Assembly: GCA_019057475.1 (NCBI GenBank)
Contig: DXJO01000026.1
Span: 1-58,194, forward strand
Source: Candidatus Thorarchaeota archaeon
GTDB lineage: Archaea > Asgardarchaeota > Thorarchaeia > Thorarchaeales > Thorarchaeaceae
Length of the DNA stretch: 58,194 nt
Direction of reading: 5' to 3'
Of the stretch, positions 57,927 to 58,194 are shown piece by piece. Both the position numbers and the translations under genes were made by a program. How positions within the stretch are numbered: the stretch's first letter is position 1; the number at the start of each line of letters is the position of its first letter. A model generated the notes under the pieces. That model was given only the letters and a program-made list of their open reading frames with translations. It ran no database searches and had not been told where the DNA came from.

Positions 57927-58194
57927 AGGGTATGCAACAGCTGCCAAGAACTTGTACAATTCTAGACATTTTGTAGGTGTTTATAACATACTGCTCAGGA
58001 TTGAGTGGTGTGGACGTTCAATGCTGATTGCTAGGGCGTGCATGAAATTTGGTCGCCGCCAGTTGGACGGAGACAGAAAACGCCTGTGGAGAGGACGTGA
58101 AACTAGTCGCAGATTCAGCAGGATCTGCAGAGCAGACCTCAATGAATCAGGAACCGAACATCAGTCATGGACATTGATGTCTAGGGTTGTACAA
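57927..58194 (+). mobile_element. Non-autonomous IS607-like element retaining the omega-RNA region, truncated just before its right tip
   Basis: AGGG|TATGCAACAG left end; TTGTACAATTCTAGACA (57952-57968) inverted against TGTCTAGGGTTGTACAA (58178-58194); TTTATAA box; MLIARA start fused to a TnpB-tail-like frame VAASWTETENACGEDV...SMNQEP. Confidence 0.8.
58051..58194 (+). ncRNA. Putative TnpB omega-RNA (right-end RNA) scaffold
   Basis: ACGCCTGTGGAG...GAATCAGGAA signature recalled from tnpB 3' ends. Hairpins GCAGATT/GATCTGC and AACC-ACATCA-GTC/GAC-TGATGT-GGTT. Confidence 0.6.

Noticed and set aside
1-58194. Whole window as a giant transposon or linear replicon with terminal inverted repeats
   Set aside because: The cargo is core metabolism with no transposase, integrase or replication genes. 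The repeats are only about 90% identical and are better explained as two outward-facing copies of a small element at contig breaks.
58021-58194. Open 58-codon frame MLIARACMKFGRR running off the window
   Set aside because: The second copy has TAA at codon 9 of the same frame, so it is not a conserved protein.
1-58194. CRISPR array, tRNA or rRNA genes
   Set aside because: No regularly spaced repeats, cloverleaf or rRNA-like sequence were seen in the intergenic regions by eye.

Overview
A 58 kb archaeal chromosomal segment, probably a whole contig. An Asgard (Thorarchaeota-like) source is an inference from archaeal TATA promoters, gene content and the style of its anchored surface proteins. 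It is dominated by anaerobic energy metabolism: a six-gene group 4 [NiFe]-hydrogenase (nuoABCDHI-like), a four-subunit 2-oxoacid:ferredoxin oxidoreductase, three hdrCB pairs, two large HdrA proteins (one fused to MvhD), an aconitase-ATP citrate lyase-isocitrate dehydrogenase operon, a Thermococcales-like group 3b hydrogenase, a 2-hydroxyacyl-CoA dehydratase/aryl-CoA reductase module, and an SCP2-flanked dehydrogenase-kinase-aldolase-AOR cluster. The most novel signal is non-coding. Three short protein-less IS607-like elements share end motifs, an AGGG 5' flank and their own TATA promoter. Two (about 90% identical, inverted, at the window ends) are tnpB deletion derivatives that keep the omega-RNA region. 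The third is a complete 189-bp element inserted silently at the fadD stop codon, with a different compact structured RNA. Other signals: two single membrane/surface-protein genes each flanked by a diverged duplicate of the neighbouring gene's end, probable CUG and AUA start codons, and an unannotated 53-aa leaderless ORF. All family calls come from motif recognition and recall; no database search was run.
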